Of a DNA stretch of 64,000 nt, positions 47,842 to 58,260 are shown piece after piece. Below the pieces are notes generated by a model. The model saw only the letters and a program-made list of their open reading frames with translations, searched no databases and had not been told where the DNA came from. Source of the DNA: Pseudomonadota bacterium (GTDB lineage Bacteria > Pseudomonadota > Alphaproteobacteria > Sphingomonadales > Sphingomonadaceae); assembly GCA_038042405.1 (NCBI GenBank), contig JBBTEI010000028.1:1017-65016 (forward strand). Direction: 5' to 3'. The position numbers were made by a program, and so were the translations under genes. Position 1 is the stretch's first letter. Each line of letters starts with the position of its first letter.

Positions 47842-49515
47842 CTAGACGGGGTCTTCGCTCACGTCTTCGACCTGAGCCGCGCTCTGCGCCAACTTATCCA
47901 GTGTTGAGCCATCAAAGCCCAATTCCTTCATAAGGCCGTCAATCATCGGTGCTTGAGCGCGGTAGCGCAGGGCCGCCGCAACCGCATTATTGGCAAGGTT
48001 GCCGCTGTCAGCAGCCCCCGATTCGGATGGGCCACCATGTCCGGATAAGCCTTCGACTTGGACAATCTTGATGCTGTCAATCGCTTCCATTGGTTTGGCG
48101 GCCTCCCGAATAATATCGGGCAATGCGTCCAATAGGGCGAGCTTGGTCTGGAGCGTTACTTGACTGGACGACAGTATATTGGCCGCCTCGTTTACCGCGC
48201 GTTGACCGGCAGCTTCGACTTCAAAACGAACTCTGGCGGCTTCGGCTTTGAACAACTCGGCGTCCGCATCACCCTTTGCTGTGGCGCGCAGCGCTTCAGC
48301 ACGGTCTTCGGCGGCCTGCTTTTCGGCTTCGGCCTGCACCTTGACACCGATGGCAGAGCGTTCGGCTTCGCGCGCAGCGTCAATCAATTCGATCCGCTTG
48401 GTACGTTCGGCGATTTCGGTATCACGCGCAGTCGTCACTTGTTCCTCAGCAGATACGGCAGAGGCGCGCGCTTTATCAGCTTCGGCACGGGCCTGGCTTT
48501 CCTCCCGACTCTTGTTCTGTACCGCAATTTGCTGTTCCTGACGCGCAATTTCCAACGCTTGCTCTTGTGCGATTTTGGCCTGCTGTACGCTGCGGTCGGC
48601 TTCAATTTGGGCTGCATCGGTTTGTTGTTTGGCGGTAATGCGCGCTTGATCGGCCTCACGTTGACGTTCGGATTGCTCCTGCGCCACTTCGGCGCTTTGC
48701 TGTGCCCTGCGCATTTCAATCTCACGTTCTTGTTCTAGCCGTGCAAATTCATTGTCGCGTGAAATCAGCATTGATTGCCGTTCGGCTTCAAGATTTTTGG
48801 TCTCGATCTGGACGCGGGTATCCTGTTCAATATCGTTACGCGCCTTTTTGCGCAGTTCAATTTGTTCCGTCAGCTTGGTCAGACCTTCGGCATCGAATGC
48901 GTTGTTGGCATTGAAATGCTCAATTGAGGTTTGATCAAGCCCAGTGAGTGACACCGACTCGAGTTCAAGTCCGTTCATTGCAAGATCGGCCGACGAGACT
49001 TGCTGAACTTTCTGGACAAAGTCAGATCGCTGCTCATGCAATTGGTTCATCGTCATGCCCGCAGCAACCGAACGCAGCGCATCGACGAATTTGCCTTCGA
49101 CAAGTTCCTTCAAAAGCTCTGATTGCATTGTGCGCATACCAAGCGTCTGCGCAGCGGTCGCAATGGCCTCACGATCCGGGCGAACGCGCACGTAGAATTC
49201 GGCTTTAACGTCAATGCGCAGGCGGTCGAGCGTTATCAGCGCGTCAGAATTCTTACGCTCCACCGCAAGGCGAACGGTGTTCATATTCACTGACATGGTT
49301 TCATGGAGCACAGGTAAAACGAGCGCACCGCCATTTATCACGACTTTTTCGCCACCAAAACCAGTCCGCACAAACGAAATTTCTTTCGATGCACGGTGAT
49401 AAAGCCGTGCAATGATCACGCCCATAATGATCAGTGCCACCAGCACAATGCCAGCATATATTCCAATGCTGATCAGGCCTGAAAATGCTGAAGTTGCGGG
49501 AGTGACGTCATTCAT
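47842..49515 (-). CDS. Flotillin/SPFH family membrane protein (YqiK-like)
   Basis: N-terminal TM, SPFH domain (VRTGFGGEKV, GKFVDALRSVAA), long EA-rich coiled coil, IDSIKIVQVEG..ALRYRAQAP. Confidence 0.9.
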   Translation of the reverse strand: MNDVTPATSAFSGLISIGIYAGIVLVALIIMGVIIARLYHRASKEISFVRTGFGGEKVVINGGALVLPVLHETMSVNMNTVRLAVERKNSDALITLDRLRIDVKAEFYVRVRPDREAIATAAQTLGMRTMQSELLKELVEGKFVDALRSVAAGMTMNQLHEQRSDFVQKVQQVSSADLAMNGLELESVSLTGLDQTSIEHFNANNAFDAEGLTKLTEQIELRKKARNDIEQDTRVQIETKNLEAERQSMLISRDNEFARLEQEREIEMRRAQQSAEVAQEQSERQREADQARITAKQQTDAAQIEADRSVQQAKIAQEQALEIARQEQQIAVQNKSREESQARAEADKARASAVSAEEQVTTARDTEIAERTKRIELIDAAREAERSAIGVKVQAEAEKQAAEDRAEALRATAKGDADAELFKAEAARVRFEVEAAGQRAVNEAANILSSSQVTLQTKLALLDALPDIIREAAKPMEAIDSIKIVQVEGLSGHGGPSESGAADSGNLANNAVAAALRYRAQAPMIDGLMKELGFDGSTLDKLAQSAAQVEDVSEDPV

Positions 49516-50120
49516 GATTCTATCCAGTTCTGATAACGATGATTTTGATCGAGTATGGCCTGAAACACGTTTTGATTTTTGCGGACGATTAAGACAAGAT
49601 CGCCCTGTTCGAAATGCTGATCGATACTGTCTGGCTCAACCATAATGTAATGCGCTTGGCCAAAATGATCGGTCACCTTTGCGCGCGCTGGCGACCCAAT
49701 CCTAGCCTTGCCGATTTCGATTACTCCACTCAAACCGATCAAGCTTGCTCGATTGATTGCGGTTGTTTCATCATGAGGAATGATGCGCGCAAGCCCCCGA
49801 CCAAGGAGCCGGGTCAACGGCAACGACAAAGCAGCGCTGACCGGTGCCGCAATCAACGCCGACGCTAGGTCCCCGGTCAGTCCCAACCAAATCTGTTGCC
49901 CGATGAGGCCAAGCAGACCGAAGCTGGCGAGAAATGTAACAACGAGAATGAGTAGCGGAACTTCGCCGATGCCTAACCAATTCAACCAGCCATCGCTATC
50001 GATATCCAGATCAAATCCGCTAACGCCAAGCCCGACGGCTTCAACGATACCAATAAGAAGCATCAACATGATAGCAATGCTGAAAATTATCGTCTCAGTG
50101 GCACCCAAAAAACTGATCAC
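49512..50120 (-). CDS. YqiJ-like membrane protein with an OB-fold (NfeD-like) C-terminus
   Basis: WLNWLGIGEVPLL, TM helices, D.FGQAHYIMVEP; GGAGG RBS; 4-nt overlap with the flotillin gene. Confidence 0.8.
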   Translation of the reverse strand: MISFLGATETIIFSIAIMLMLLIGIVEAVGLGVSGFDLDIDSDGWLNWLGIGEVPLLILVVTFLASFGLLGLIGQQIWLGLTGDLASALIAAPVSAALSLPLTRLLGRGLARIIPHDETTAINRASLIGLSGVIEIGKARIGSPARAKVTDHFGQAHYIMVEPDSIDQHFEQGDLVLIVRKNQNVFQAILDQNHRYQNWIES

Positions 50121-50236
50121 AACCCCTCCATATACTATTCATTTTAATTTCATTCCATTGATCGTCAACTTAATAGCGTCTTAGTGTGCGTTAATTGGCA
50201 TCAAGAGTCTGAGCCGCTCGCTACACCCCATCGCCG

Positions 50237-50265
50237 CTTGACTTTTTATCCCTCCCCCGCGATAG
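50237..50265 (+). promoter_or_regulatory. Sigma70-type promoter of rpmG
   Basis: CTTGAC-N17-CGATAG. Confidence 0.6.
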
Positions 50266-50325
50266 CGCCCGCTTTCCGCGCGAGTGTGCGTGTGCAACCC
50301 GAATCAATTAGAAGGTTTATCGGTC

Positions 50326-50493
50326 ATGGCGAAGCCAACCACAGTCAAGATCAAGCTCGCCAGCACGGCGGACACTGGATTTTTCTATGTCACCAAGAAA
50401 AATCCACGGACGCAGACTGAAAAAATGTCGTTCAAAAAATATGATCCCGTCGTGCGCAAGCATGTCGAGTTCAAGGAAACCAAGATCAAGTAA
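50326..50493 (+). CDS. rpmG: 50S ribosomal protein L33
   Basis: [28 protein letters not shown]...[14 protein letters not shown]. Confidence 0.97.
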   Translation: MAKPTTVKIKLASTADTGFFYVTKKNPRTQTEKMSFKKYDPVVRKHVEFKETKIK

Positions 50494-50501
50494 GATTGGT
50501 T

Positions 50502-50891
50502 TTATGCCATCGCCCGCGATTCGGCGATGGCACCAAGCTCACCGATCACTTCGATAAAGCGCATCAGCGAAATCGGCTTGCTCACATAGGCGTCTGCACC
50601 CGCTTCGCGGATGCGCTCTTCATCGCCTTTGCCAGCGTAAGCCGTGACGGCCATGACGGGTGTCCGTCTTAAGACCACATCGCGCCGGATCGCTTCGATC
50701 AGTTCAAGTCCGGTAATGTGTGGCATCTGAATGTCCATTACGATGATGTCCGGCGCAAACAGGGTCGCGCGCTCGATTGCGTCACGCGCATCGCGCACGC
50801 CCTCGGTTTCATGGCCATGCGCGCGTAGCAAATCGCAAAAGAGTTTCAAATTCAGTTCATTGTCCTCGACAACGAGCACCCTTTTTGCCAC
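50502..50891 (-). CDS. divK: Single-domain response regulator DivK
   Basis: VLVVEDNELNLKLF, MDIQMP, AVTAYA, YVSKPIS; DUF3572/rpmG synteny. Confidence 0.8.
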   Translation of the reverse strand: MAKRVLVVEDNELNLKLFCDLLRAHGHETEGVRDARDAIERATLFAPDIIVMDIQMPHITGLELIEAIRRDVVLRRTPVMAVTAYAGKGDEERIREAGADAYVSKPISLMRFIEVIGELGAIAESRAMA

Positions 50892-50928
50892 GCGCTTGAT
50901 CCTTATTTTGTTGGAGCTGGCTTAAGCG

Positions 50929-51201
50929 ATGACGTCGCGTGATACAATTGATGATGATGCGACTGCGATCGCCCTTCAGGCGCTGGCTTGGACGCTTGGC
51001 GATGATGCGCGTGCAGGCCGCTTGCTTGCGCTGACCGGGCTTGAGCCGGAGGGGATTCGCGCACGGATCGGCGATCCGGCAATGCTCGGCGCAGTGCTGG
51101 CTTTTCTCGAATCGCACGAACCCGATCTCATCGCCTGTGCTGATGCGATCGGGGTGAAGCCACAATATCTGATCGCCGCACAACAAAGGTTAAACGCATG
51201 A
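50929..51201 (+). CDS. DUF3572 family protein
   Basis: IALQALAW..RLLALTG..LGAVLAFL..E.DL. Confidence 0.8.
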   Translation: MTSRDTIDDDATAIALQALAWTLGDDARAGRLLALTGLEPEGIRARIGDPAMLGAVLAFLESHEPDLIACADAIGVKPQYLIAAQQRLNA

Positions 51202-51836
51202 GCCGCCCGCTGCTGATCAGCGATTGTGATGAAGTCTTGCTTTACATGGTCGTCCCTTTTGCGGAGTGGCTTGATGAAGCGCACGATGTTCACTTTGACG
51301 TCGATACGCTATTTGATCCTGTCACCGGTGGCTATTTGAACGCAATGCGCTGTAAATTAACGGGTGATCCGCTGGAGCAGGAACGCGTGCTGCCTTTCCT
51401 GCGCGGCTTTTTTGAAACCGAAATGCACCGCCAAAAGCCTATCGATGGCGCTGTCTCTGCAATTAACAATTTGCGCGCCCATGCCGATGTCGTCGTGTTG
51501 ACCAACCTTACCGATGACGTCCGTGATGCGCGGGCAGAGCAATTGCGTGTGCTCGGGATTGACGTGCCGGTTTACACCAATCAAGGCGGCAAGGGCGAAT
51601 TGCTCGCGCAGATTGTGGCAAAATTTCAGCCGAGTGTGACCGTTTTCGTCGATGATCTGGCGCATCAGCATATTTCAGTTGCCAAGGAAGTGCCTGATGT
51701 CATCCGCCTGCATATGGTGGGTGAGCCGCGCGTAGCGGCCCAAATCAAGACTCCGCGTGCGGCGCACGCGCGTATCGACCGCTGGCACGATGCCGAACAA
51801 TGGATTATGGATCGTTTTGAAGGAGTGCCGTTATGA
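51198..51836 (+). CDS. HAD-superfamily hydrolase
   Basis: ISDCDEV (DxD), LTN, K, FVDD. Confidence 0.75.
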   Translation: MSRPLLISDCDEVLLYMVVPFAEWLDEAHDVHFDVDTLFDPVTGGYLNAMRCKLTGDPLEQERVLPFLRGFFETEMHRQKPIDGAVSAINNLRAHADVVVLTNLTDDVRDARAEQLRVLGIDVPVYTNQGGKGELLAQIVAKFQPSVTVFVDDLAHQHISVAKEVPDVIRLHMVGEPRVAAQIKTPRAAHARIDRWHDAEQWIMDRFEGVPL

Positions 51837-52312
51837 ATGCGAAGGGCAAAGAACCTATCGAACATCGGTTGATGCACCTTGGCATTACCCTGCCGACGCC
51901 TGCGGCTCCGGTTGCGGCCTATGTTCCGACAGTCGAAGCCGGCGGAATGCTTTATGTTTCGGGGCAATTGCCGTTTAAAGATGGCCATGTGATGGTTGGC
52001 AGGCTCGGCGATGACATAACGATTGAAACCGGCAAGGAAGCGGCGCGTGCCTGCGCAATCATGTTGCTTGCCCAAATCAAGGCCGCACTCGGCGATTTTG
52101 AACGCATCGAACGGATTGTGAAGCTCAACATTTTCGTCAATTCGGATGCGCGCTTTACTGATCAACCAAAGGTCGGCGACGGCGCATCAACGCTCATGGT
52201 TGAGATATTTGGCGATGCCGGTCGCCATGCGCGCGCAGCGGTTGGGGTGCCAGCACTTCCGCTTTGTGCTGCCGTCGAAATCGATGCGATCGTCGCAGTT
52301 CCTCCCCTTTGA
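51833..52312 (+). CDS. RidA family protein
   Basis: YVSGQLP, RIVKL..FVNS, GRHARAAVG..LP..AAVEI. Confidence 0.9.
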   Translation: MNAKGKEPIEHRLMHLGITLPTPAAPVAAYVPTVEAGGMLYVSGQLPFKDGHVMVGRLGDDITIETGKEAARACAIMLLAQIKAALGDFERIERIVKLNIFVNSDARFTDQPKVGDGASTLMVEIFGDAGRHARAAVGVPALPLCAAVEIDAIVAVPPL

Positions 52313-53072
52313 CCGGCTAATCGCGCCGCCACCTGAGGCAAGGCGCGTTGCCTTCCTTTCGGCGCAACCTTATGCGCATCGCGGCCTCCACGGCCCGGAT
52401 TGCTCTGAAAATAGCCGCACGGCATTTGCTGCCGCTATTGCCGCCGGGCACGGAATCGAGCTTGACGTGCAAGCCGCGCGTGAAGGCGAGGTATTTGTCT
52501 TTCATGATGCAGCACTTGATCGGTTGACCGATGCACACGGCGCATTCGCCGCGCGTTCGGCTCACGAGCTTGATCATATTCGCCTGCGCGATAGCGATGA
52601 AACGATTCCGCGCCTTGCCGAAATCCTTGCGCTCGTTGCTGGCCGCGTACCGATCCTGATCGAGATAAAAAGCTCTAACCATTTGGTTGGTGTGCTCTGC
52701 CTTGGCGTGCGTCGCGCGCTTGAGGGCTATTTGGGCAATGTTGCAGTCATGTCCTTCAATCCGGCGGTCGGACGCTGGTTTCGTAACCACGCGCCGCGCT
52801 TTGTGCGTGGGCTCGTTATCACCGAACAAGGGGCAGAGACGCGGTTGGCCCGGTTCAAGCGTGAGGTTGAGCGGCGGGTTGCCCTATGGACGGTCAAGCC
52901 CGATTTTCTTGCCTATGATATTCGTGATCTGCCATCGTCTTTCGCTAGCGGCCAGCATCATCGCGGTTTGAAGTTGCTGACATGGACAGTGCGGACGGCG
53001 CAGCAAGAGCGAACCGCCTTTGCCCATGCTGATGAAATAATTTATGAAAAACCGAGGGTGCAGCCCGGATGA
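52284..53072 (+). CDS. Glycerophosphodiester phosphodiesterase family protein
   Basis: AHRGLH, ENS, IELDV, HD, IEIK, TWTVR; start uncertain. Confidence 0.85.
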   Translation: MRSSQFLPFDRLIAPPPEARRVAFLSAQPYAHRGLHGPDCSENSRTAFAAAIAAGHGIELDVQAAREGEVFVFHDAALDRLTDAHGAFAARSAHELDHIRLRDSDETIPRLAEILALVAGRVPILIEIKSSNHLVGVLCLGVRRALEGYLGNVAVMSFNPAVGRWFRNHAPRFVRGLVITEQGAETRLARFKREVERRVALWTVKPDFLAYDIRDLPSSFASGQHHRGLKLLTWTVRTAQQERTAFAHADEIIYEKPRVQPG

Positions 53073-54217
53073 CAGCGCCTTTGCCGGATGTATTCACGGT
53101 TAGACTCGAAAATGGCATAGCCGAAATCAACGCCGCTTCATGGGATCGCTGCGCGGGAGTCAACAACCCGTTTGTTAGCCACGCGTTTCTGACCGCACTT
53201 GAAACCTCGGGCAGCGCAGCCGCTGGGGTAGGCTGGCAACCTCTGCCGATTATTATCGAACGGACTGACGGAAGCCTCGCAGGGGTAGCCCCCGGCTATG
53301 CCAAAAGCCATAGCCGGGGTGAATATGTTTTCGATCAGAGCTGGGCTGACGCTTATGCGCGTGCGGGTGGGCGTTATTATCCAAAGCTCCAGATCGCGGT
53401 GCCATTTTCACCAGTGCCAGGGCCGCGACTGCTGACCGACGATGATGAAATCGCCGCGGCCTTGATCGGGGGTGCGGAAGCCATAGTTGAAAAACATGGG
53501 CTATCCTCGGCACACGCGACCTTCATCGATGAACGTGATCGCGCCCGGTTTGAGGCTGCTGGCTGGCTGATCCGCGCAGGCACGCAGTTTCATTGGGCAA
53601 ACAACGGCTATAGCTGTTTTGAAGATTTCCTCGCCGCGCTTGCCTCTCGCAAACGCAAGGCGATCCGGAAGGAACGCGTCGCCGCACAAGAGGGGCTGGA
53701 GATCGTTCACCTTTCGGGTCGTGAGATTAGCGAGGCACACTGGGACGCCTTTTGGGATTTCTATCAGGATACCGGCGCGCGCAAATGGGGGCAGCCCTAT
53801 CTTACCCGTGCTTTCTTCACCGAAATTGGCGAAACAATGCGTGATACGCTGCTCCTGATCCTCGCTCTGCGTGATGGCCAGCCGATTGCGGGCGCGCTTA
53901 ACCTGATCGGCGGCGATGCACTGTATGGCCGCTATTGGGGCTGCCGTGAGGATGTGCCCTTCCTCCACTTTGAACTCTGCTATTATCAGGCAATTGATGC
54001 CGCAATCGGACGTGGTCTCGCGCGTGTTGAAGCTGGTGCGCAGGGTGAGCACAAACTGGCACGCGGCTATGTACCCGTCACGACATGGTCAGCACATTAT
54101 ATTGCTGATCCCGGCTTCCGCGCTGCCATCGCCGATTTTCTGGTACGCGAGCGTCAGGCCGTCGAGCGTGAAATTGGCTTCCTCGGGGAGATGGCGCCCT
54201 TCAAGCGGCTGGACTAA
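53069..54217 (+). CDS. GNAT/FemAB-like peptidogalycan-biosynthesis-type acetyltransferase (DUF482)
   Basis: KSHSRGEYVFD.SWA, YYPKLQ, GRYWG, HFELCYYQ, EAGAQGEHK. Confidence 0.85.
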   Translation: MTAPLPDVFTVRLENGIAEINAASWDRCAGVNNPFVSHAFLTALETSGSAAAGVGWQPLPIIIERTDGSLAGVAPGYAKSHSRGEYVFDQSWADAYARAGGRYYPKLQIAVPFSPVPGPRLLTDDDEIAAALIGGAEAIVEKHGLSSAHATFIDERDRARFEAAGWLIRAGTQFHWANNGYSCFEDFLAALASRKRKAIRKERVAAQEGLEIVHLSGREISEAHWDAFWDFYQDTGARKWGQPYLTRAFFTEIGETMRDTLLLILALRDGQPIAGALNLIGGDALYGRYWGCREDVPFLHFELCYYQAIDAAIGRGLARVEAGAQGEHKLARGYVPVTTWSAHYIADPGFRAAIADFLVRERQAVEREIGFLGEMAPFKRLD

Positions 54218-54234
54218 GTCAAGGCCGCCCCGCT

Positions 54235-55806
54235 TTAATGCCGGAAATGGCGCATCCCGGTAAAGACCATCGCAAGCCCCGCCGCGTCGGCTGCGGCAAT
54301 CACTTCGTCATCACGGATTGATCCGCCGGGCTGAATCACCGCCGTGGCACCGGCTTCGACTGCTGCCATCAGGCCGTCAGCAAATGGGAAAAATGCGTCC
54401 GATGCGACCGCCGAGCCGATGGTGCGTGGAGTCGCCCACCCTGCTTTTTCTGCGGCATCCTTGGCTTTCCATGCGGCGATCCGCGCGGACTCAAGCCGAT
54501 TCATCTGGCCCGCACCAATGCCTGCGGTGCTGCCGTCTTTGGCATAAATGATCGCGTTTGATTTGGTGTGCTTCGCCACTGTCCAAGCGAACAGACAGTC
54601 GGCGAGTTCGGCCTCAGTCGGCGCGCGCTTCGTTACGGTTTTGAGTATCTCGCGGCTGACCCGGCCATTGTCGCGGCTCTGGATGAGATAGCCGCCCGCA
54701 ATCGTTTTGACAGATAGCCCGCCGCGCACGGGATCGGGCAGATCACCGGTCAATAGAAGGCGCAGGTTCTTCTTCTTGGCAAAAACCGCCTTGGCCTCTT
54801 CGCTTGCATCCGGCGCAGCAACGACTTCGGTGAAAATGCCGGCCATTGCTTCCGCCGTAGCGGCGTCAAGCGGACGGTTGACCGCGATGATTCCGCCGAA
54901 TGCCGAAACACTGTCACACGCGAGCGCAGCCTGATACGCCTCAAGCAAGGTCGCGCCGCTTGCGACGCCGCACGGGTTGGCGTGCTTGACAATCACCACC
55001 GTTGGCGGGCCATCCCGAAACTCGCTCACCAATTCAAGCGCCGCATCAGCGTCATTGTAATTGTTATACGAAAGCGCTTTGCCCTGAAGCTGCTCGGCTT
55101 GCGCAATCCCACGACCGTGCGGGCCAGCGGGGATATAAAGCGCCGCCTTTTGGTGCGGATTCTCACCGTAGCGCAATTCTTCGCCGCGATTGGCCATCAT
55201 CGCCATCATGTCGGGGAAATGCTGCTGTTGATCGGCAAAGGCGAACCACTGGCTGATCATCGCGTCATATACGGCGGTTGCCGAATACGCCTTCGCCGCG
55301 AGTTTCCTGCGCTGATCAAACGTCGTCGTGCCGCTGGCGACCACGGCATAATCGGCTGGATCAGTAACAATCGCGACGCTCGCGTGGTTTTTTGCAGCGG
55401 AGCGGATCATACTTGGCCCACCGATATCGATATTCTCGATAATCTCGTCACGCGGCGCGCCCTTCATCACCGTCTCGACGAAGGGGTAAAGATTGACGAC
55501 GACGAGATCGATCGCACCAATATCATGGGCCGTCATCGCGGCAACATGTTCAGGATTATCGCGTACCGCGAGCAAGCCGCCATGCACCTTGGGGTGGAGC
55601 GTCTTGACCCGCCCGTCCATCATTTCGGGAAAGCCTGTCAGATCTGAAATATCGCGGATGGCAAGGCCGGCATCACGCAGTGCTTTCGCGGTGCCGCCGG
55701 TTGAAACCAGCTCAACGCCGTGCCCTGAAAGTGCGGTTGCCAATTCAACCAGCCCGCTCTTGTCCGACACCGAGAGTAGTGCGCGCTTAATCCTTACGTC
55801 CGTCAT
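54235..55806 (-). CDS. purH: Bifunctional AICAR transformylase/IMP cyclohydrolase
   Basis: [51 protein letters not shown]. Confidence 0.97.
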   Translation of the reverse strand: MTDVRIKRALLSVSDKSGLVELATALSGHGVELVSTGGTAKALRDAGLAIRDISDLTGFPEMMDGRVKTLHPKVHGGLLAVRDNPEHVAAMTAHDIGAIDLVVVNLYPFVETVMKGAPRDEIIENIDIGGPSMIRSAAKNHASVAIVTDPADYAVVASGTTTFDQRRKLAAKAYSATAVYDAMISQWFAFADQQQHFPDMMAMMANRGEELRYGENPHQKAALYIPAGPHGRGIAQAEQLQGKALSYNNYNDADAALELVSEFRDGPPTVVIVKHANPCGVASGATLLEAYQAALACDSVSAFGGIIAVNRPLDAATAEAMAGIFTEVVAAPDASEEAKAVFAKKKNLRLLLTGDLPDPVRGGLSVKTIAGGYLIQSRDNGRVSREILKTVTKRAPTEAELADCLFAWTVAKHTKSNAIIYAKDGSTAGIGAGQMNRLESARIAAWKAKDAAEKAGWATPRTIGSAVASDAFFPFADGLMAAVEAGATAVIQPGGSIRDDEVIAAADAAGLAMVFTGMRHFRH

Positions 55807-55810
55807 TGAT

Positions 55811-57547
55811 TTAACCTGCTCGTTTGAGTGACCAGCTAATGCTGGCGCCGCCTGCCGGCGCTTCGCCGCTGGCGACTAATTGCTGGGTTGGATTGGGGCG
55901 ACCTTCCCCATCGATCCAAATGCTATCATCGATGCTCAGCTTTGCGCCGCGCACCCGAAATTGCCAGAGCGCGCCTCCTTCAATGCGCAGGAGCGCACCC
56001 ATGCCGTCGGCTGTGGGCGTCGCCTCAACGCCGGGTGCCAAATGAAAGCGCGCGGCGAAGATCGAAAGCGCTGGCTTGCGCCTGCCGTTTCCGGGCAGGA
56101 GGATGTCTTCTCCGCGAAGCTCTCGCCCGTCGCTTGCCAGTGTCAATATCCGTTGGTGGATGAGGCCAAAGCGTTTGACATAACCATCGTGGCTGATCTC
56201 GACACGGCTCCCCGCCTCGTTCTCCTGCCGATCAAGTTCAACCTCGCCCACCCCTTTACCAAGCGTCGCATTGCTGAGGATCGCCGTCGAATTGCTATCG
56301 GCAAGGATCAAAGTCGAATGTGCGGCCGTCGTACGCAGGCCTTCGGAAAGGCCCGCGCTAACGGCCTTGCCGCCCGAATTGCCGCCGCCGCAATTGACGA
56401 CCAGACGGTGCGCCCCGTCAGAGAGTTCAAACGCCAGCGTTGATGCGCAGCCCCCGCCCGAAACGCGCGCGATGGGGGGAGGGGCCGCATCGACAACAAC
56501 AACGCTATGGCCCGCCGACAGCCGCTGATAGCCCCAATCGCGCGCCTGCCGCAGAGGCCGCGTTCGCACGCCACTCGCAGCAATCACGGCGTCAACCTTG
56601 TCGCGCGCCAAAGGTGGGCTGCCCTGCCAGCTTGAAAGCGCTCCATCGCCGAGTGTAACGCCCTGCAAAGCGGGCACTGCACGCGCCAGCATTGCTGTAA
56701 TGCTGACCGGACATTCGATTCGCCGTGCATCATAAACCTCGCGCAGCATCGAAAGCAGAATTACCGCATCAAATTGGTTGCGCGGTGTACGACAGATAAT
56801 GCCGCCGTCACTGGTAAACGAGGCGGCCATTGCCTTGGCTAAACCGGCCTCACCAAAGCTGCGCCGTGGATTGTTCCCAGAAATCAGCAGTCCTGCCGCA
56901 ACCACGCCTGCCCATGCGGCAAGCCGTGGCAGACCAATCGCTGCACTTTCGGCAGTGCGATCAAGATGCCGCGCGCCGCGCGCAAGCCCGTTAAGGACTG
57001 CCGAGCGGTACACCAGATCGGTGCTTGATAGGATGAGCGGCGCATGTGCTGCCCAATAAAGAATTCGCCATCCCCAGAGATCGGGCCGCCATGCCGGTTC
57101 GCTGACCTTTTCACCGTTGCTCGCCAGCCATGTCCGTGTCAGCGCCTCCGCAATAGGCGCGGCTTGAGCGCGCGGTGCAGCGGCAGCCAAATCGCGCAAC
57201 CATGCAAATTGATGGAGATAGCCCGTGAAGCTCGCCGAAAGCGCGGTTTCAGTGAAGCTGATGCCGTCACACGGCAGGATCTCGCCGTTCCAGCTAAGCG
57301 TACCCGCCATAATGGCCGCGCCGCGCGCCGCATCGCCACTAACGGGATCGGCTGGCACTGCGAGCAACTTGAGCGGGTAACGTCCACGCAACTTGAGTGC
57401 GTGGAGCGGTGTCCGCCACGTCAGCCGATAAAAATGTGCTGCAAACCGTTCCGAGAGTGACAAGCCAACATTACTGCGTGCCCGCACCAGCCGTCTGCCA
57501 ATCGGGATTTCTTCGCTGCCATCGTCATCATCCCGATCCGATGTCAT
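55811..57547 (-). CDS. Heparinase II/III family protein
   Basis: [35 protein letters not shown]; conserved position between rpe and purH. Confidence 0.8.
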   Translation of the reverse strand: MTSDRDDDDGSEEIPIGRRLVRARSNVGLSLSERFAAHFYRLTWRTPLHALKLRGRYPLKLLAVPADPVSGDAARGAAIMAGTLSWNGEILPCDGISFTETALSASFTGYLHQFAWLRDLAAAAPRAQAAPIAEALTRTWLASNGEKVSEPAWRPDLWGWRILYWAAHAPLILSSTDLVYRSAVLNGLARGARHLDRTAESAAIGLPRLAAWAGVVAAGLLISGNNPRRSFGEAGLAKAMAASFTSDGGIICRTPRNQFDAVILLSMLREVYDARRIECPVSITAMLARAVPALQGVTLGDGALSSWQGSPPLARDKVDAVIAASGVRTRPLRQARDWGYQRLSAGHSVVVVDAAPPPIARVSGGGCASTLAFELSDGAHRLVVNCGGGNSGGKAVSAGLSEGLRTTAAHSTLILADSNSTAILSNATLGKGVGEVELDRQENEAGSRVEISHDGYVKRFGLIHQRILTLASDGRELRGEDILLPGNGRRKPALSIFAARFHLAPGVEATPTADGMGALLRIEGGALWQFRVRGAKLSIDDSIWIDGEGRPNPTQQLVASGEAPAGGASISWSLKRAG

Positions 57548-58206
57548 TGACCGCGCAATCGCTTTATATTGGCTCCATATTCGCTCGGCCCACCCTTAAA
57601 GGTTGCCGTCCCTGCGACCAGCACATTCGCCCCCGCAGCAATCACGCGCGGCGCTGTCAGGGCGTCAACCCCGCCATCAACCTGAAGATCAATCGTCTTG
57701 CCAAGCTTATCGATCATCTTGCGAATGCTTTCGATCTTGCGGAGCTGGCTCTCGATAAAGCTCTGCCCGCCAAAGCCGGGATTGACACTCATCACCAGAA
57801 CAAGGTCGATCTCTTCAAGAATATAGTCGAGCATTTTGGCCGGAGTCGCGGGATTAAGCGATACACCCGCCCGCTTGCCAAGCGCCTTGATCCGCTGGAC
57901 TGTCCGGTGAAGATGTGGCCCCGCTTCTTGATGGACGGTGATAATGTCCGAACCCGCCTCGGCAAAGGCATCAAGCATCGGATCAACCGGGCTGATCATC
58001 AAATGCACATCCATCACTTTGGCTGTATGCGGGCGCAAAGCCTTTACGACCATCGGCCCGATCGTGAGATTTGGCACAAAATGGCCGTCCATCACGTCGA
58101 CATGGATCCAGTCCGCACCTGCTGCGTCAATCGCGCGCACCTCCTCGCCGAGCCGGGCGAAATCGGCAGAGAGGATGGAAGGGGCAATCAGTACAGGTCG
58201 GGTCAT
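57544..58206 (-). CDS. rpe: Ribulose-phosphate 3-epimerase
   Basis: [39 protein letters not shown]. Confidence 0.97.
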   Translation of the reverse strand: MTRPVLIAPSILSADFARLGEEVRAIDAAGADWIHVDVMDGHFVPNLTIGPMVVKALRPHTAKVMDVHLMISPVDPMLDAFAEAGSDIITVHQEAGPHLHRTVQRIKALGKRAGVSLNPATPAKMLDYILEEIDLVLVMSVNPGFGGQSFIESQLRKIESIRKMIDKLGKTIDLQVDGGVDALTAPRVIAAGANVLVAGTATFKGGPSEYGANIKRLRGQ

Positions 58207-58260
58207 GACGCGCCCGCTTTAGGGTGTGTTTGGACTACGGGCAAGCGCTTCGCGGTGGCC

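Noticed and set aside
50170-50194. CtrA-like TTAA-N7-TTAG upstream of the YqiJ-like gene
   Set aside because: Imperfect second half-site in an AT-rich tract, where chance matches are likely.
47521-50330. yqiJ/flotillin as an island integrated at ssrA
   Set aside because: Integration would duplicate the acceptor 3' end (...CTCCACCA) and lie next to 47528. I found no such duplicate and no integrase.
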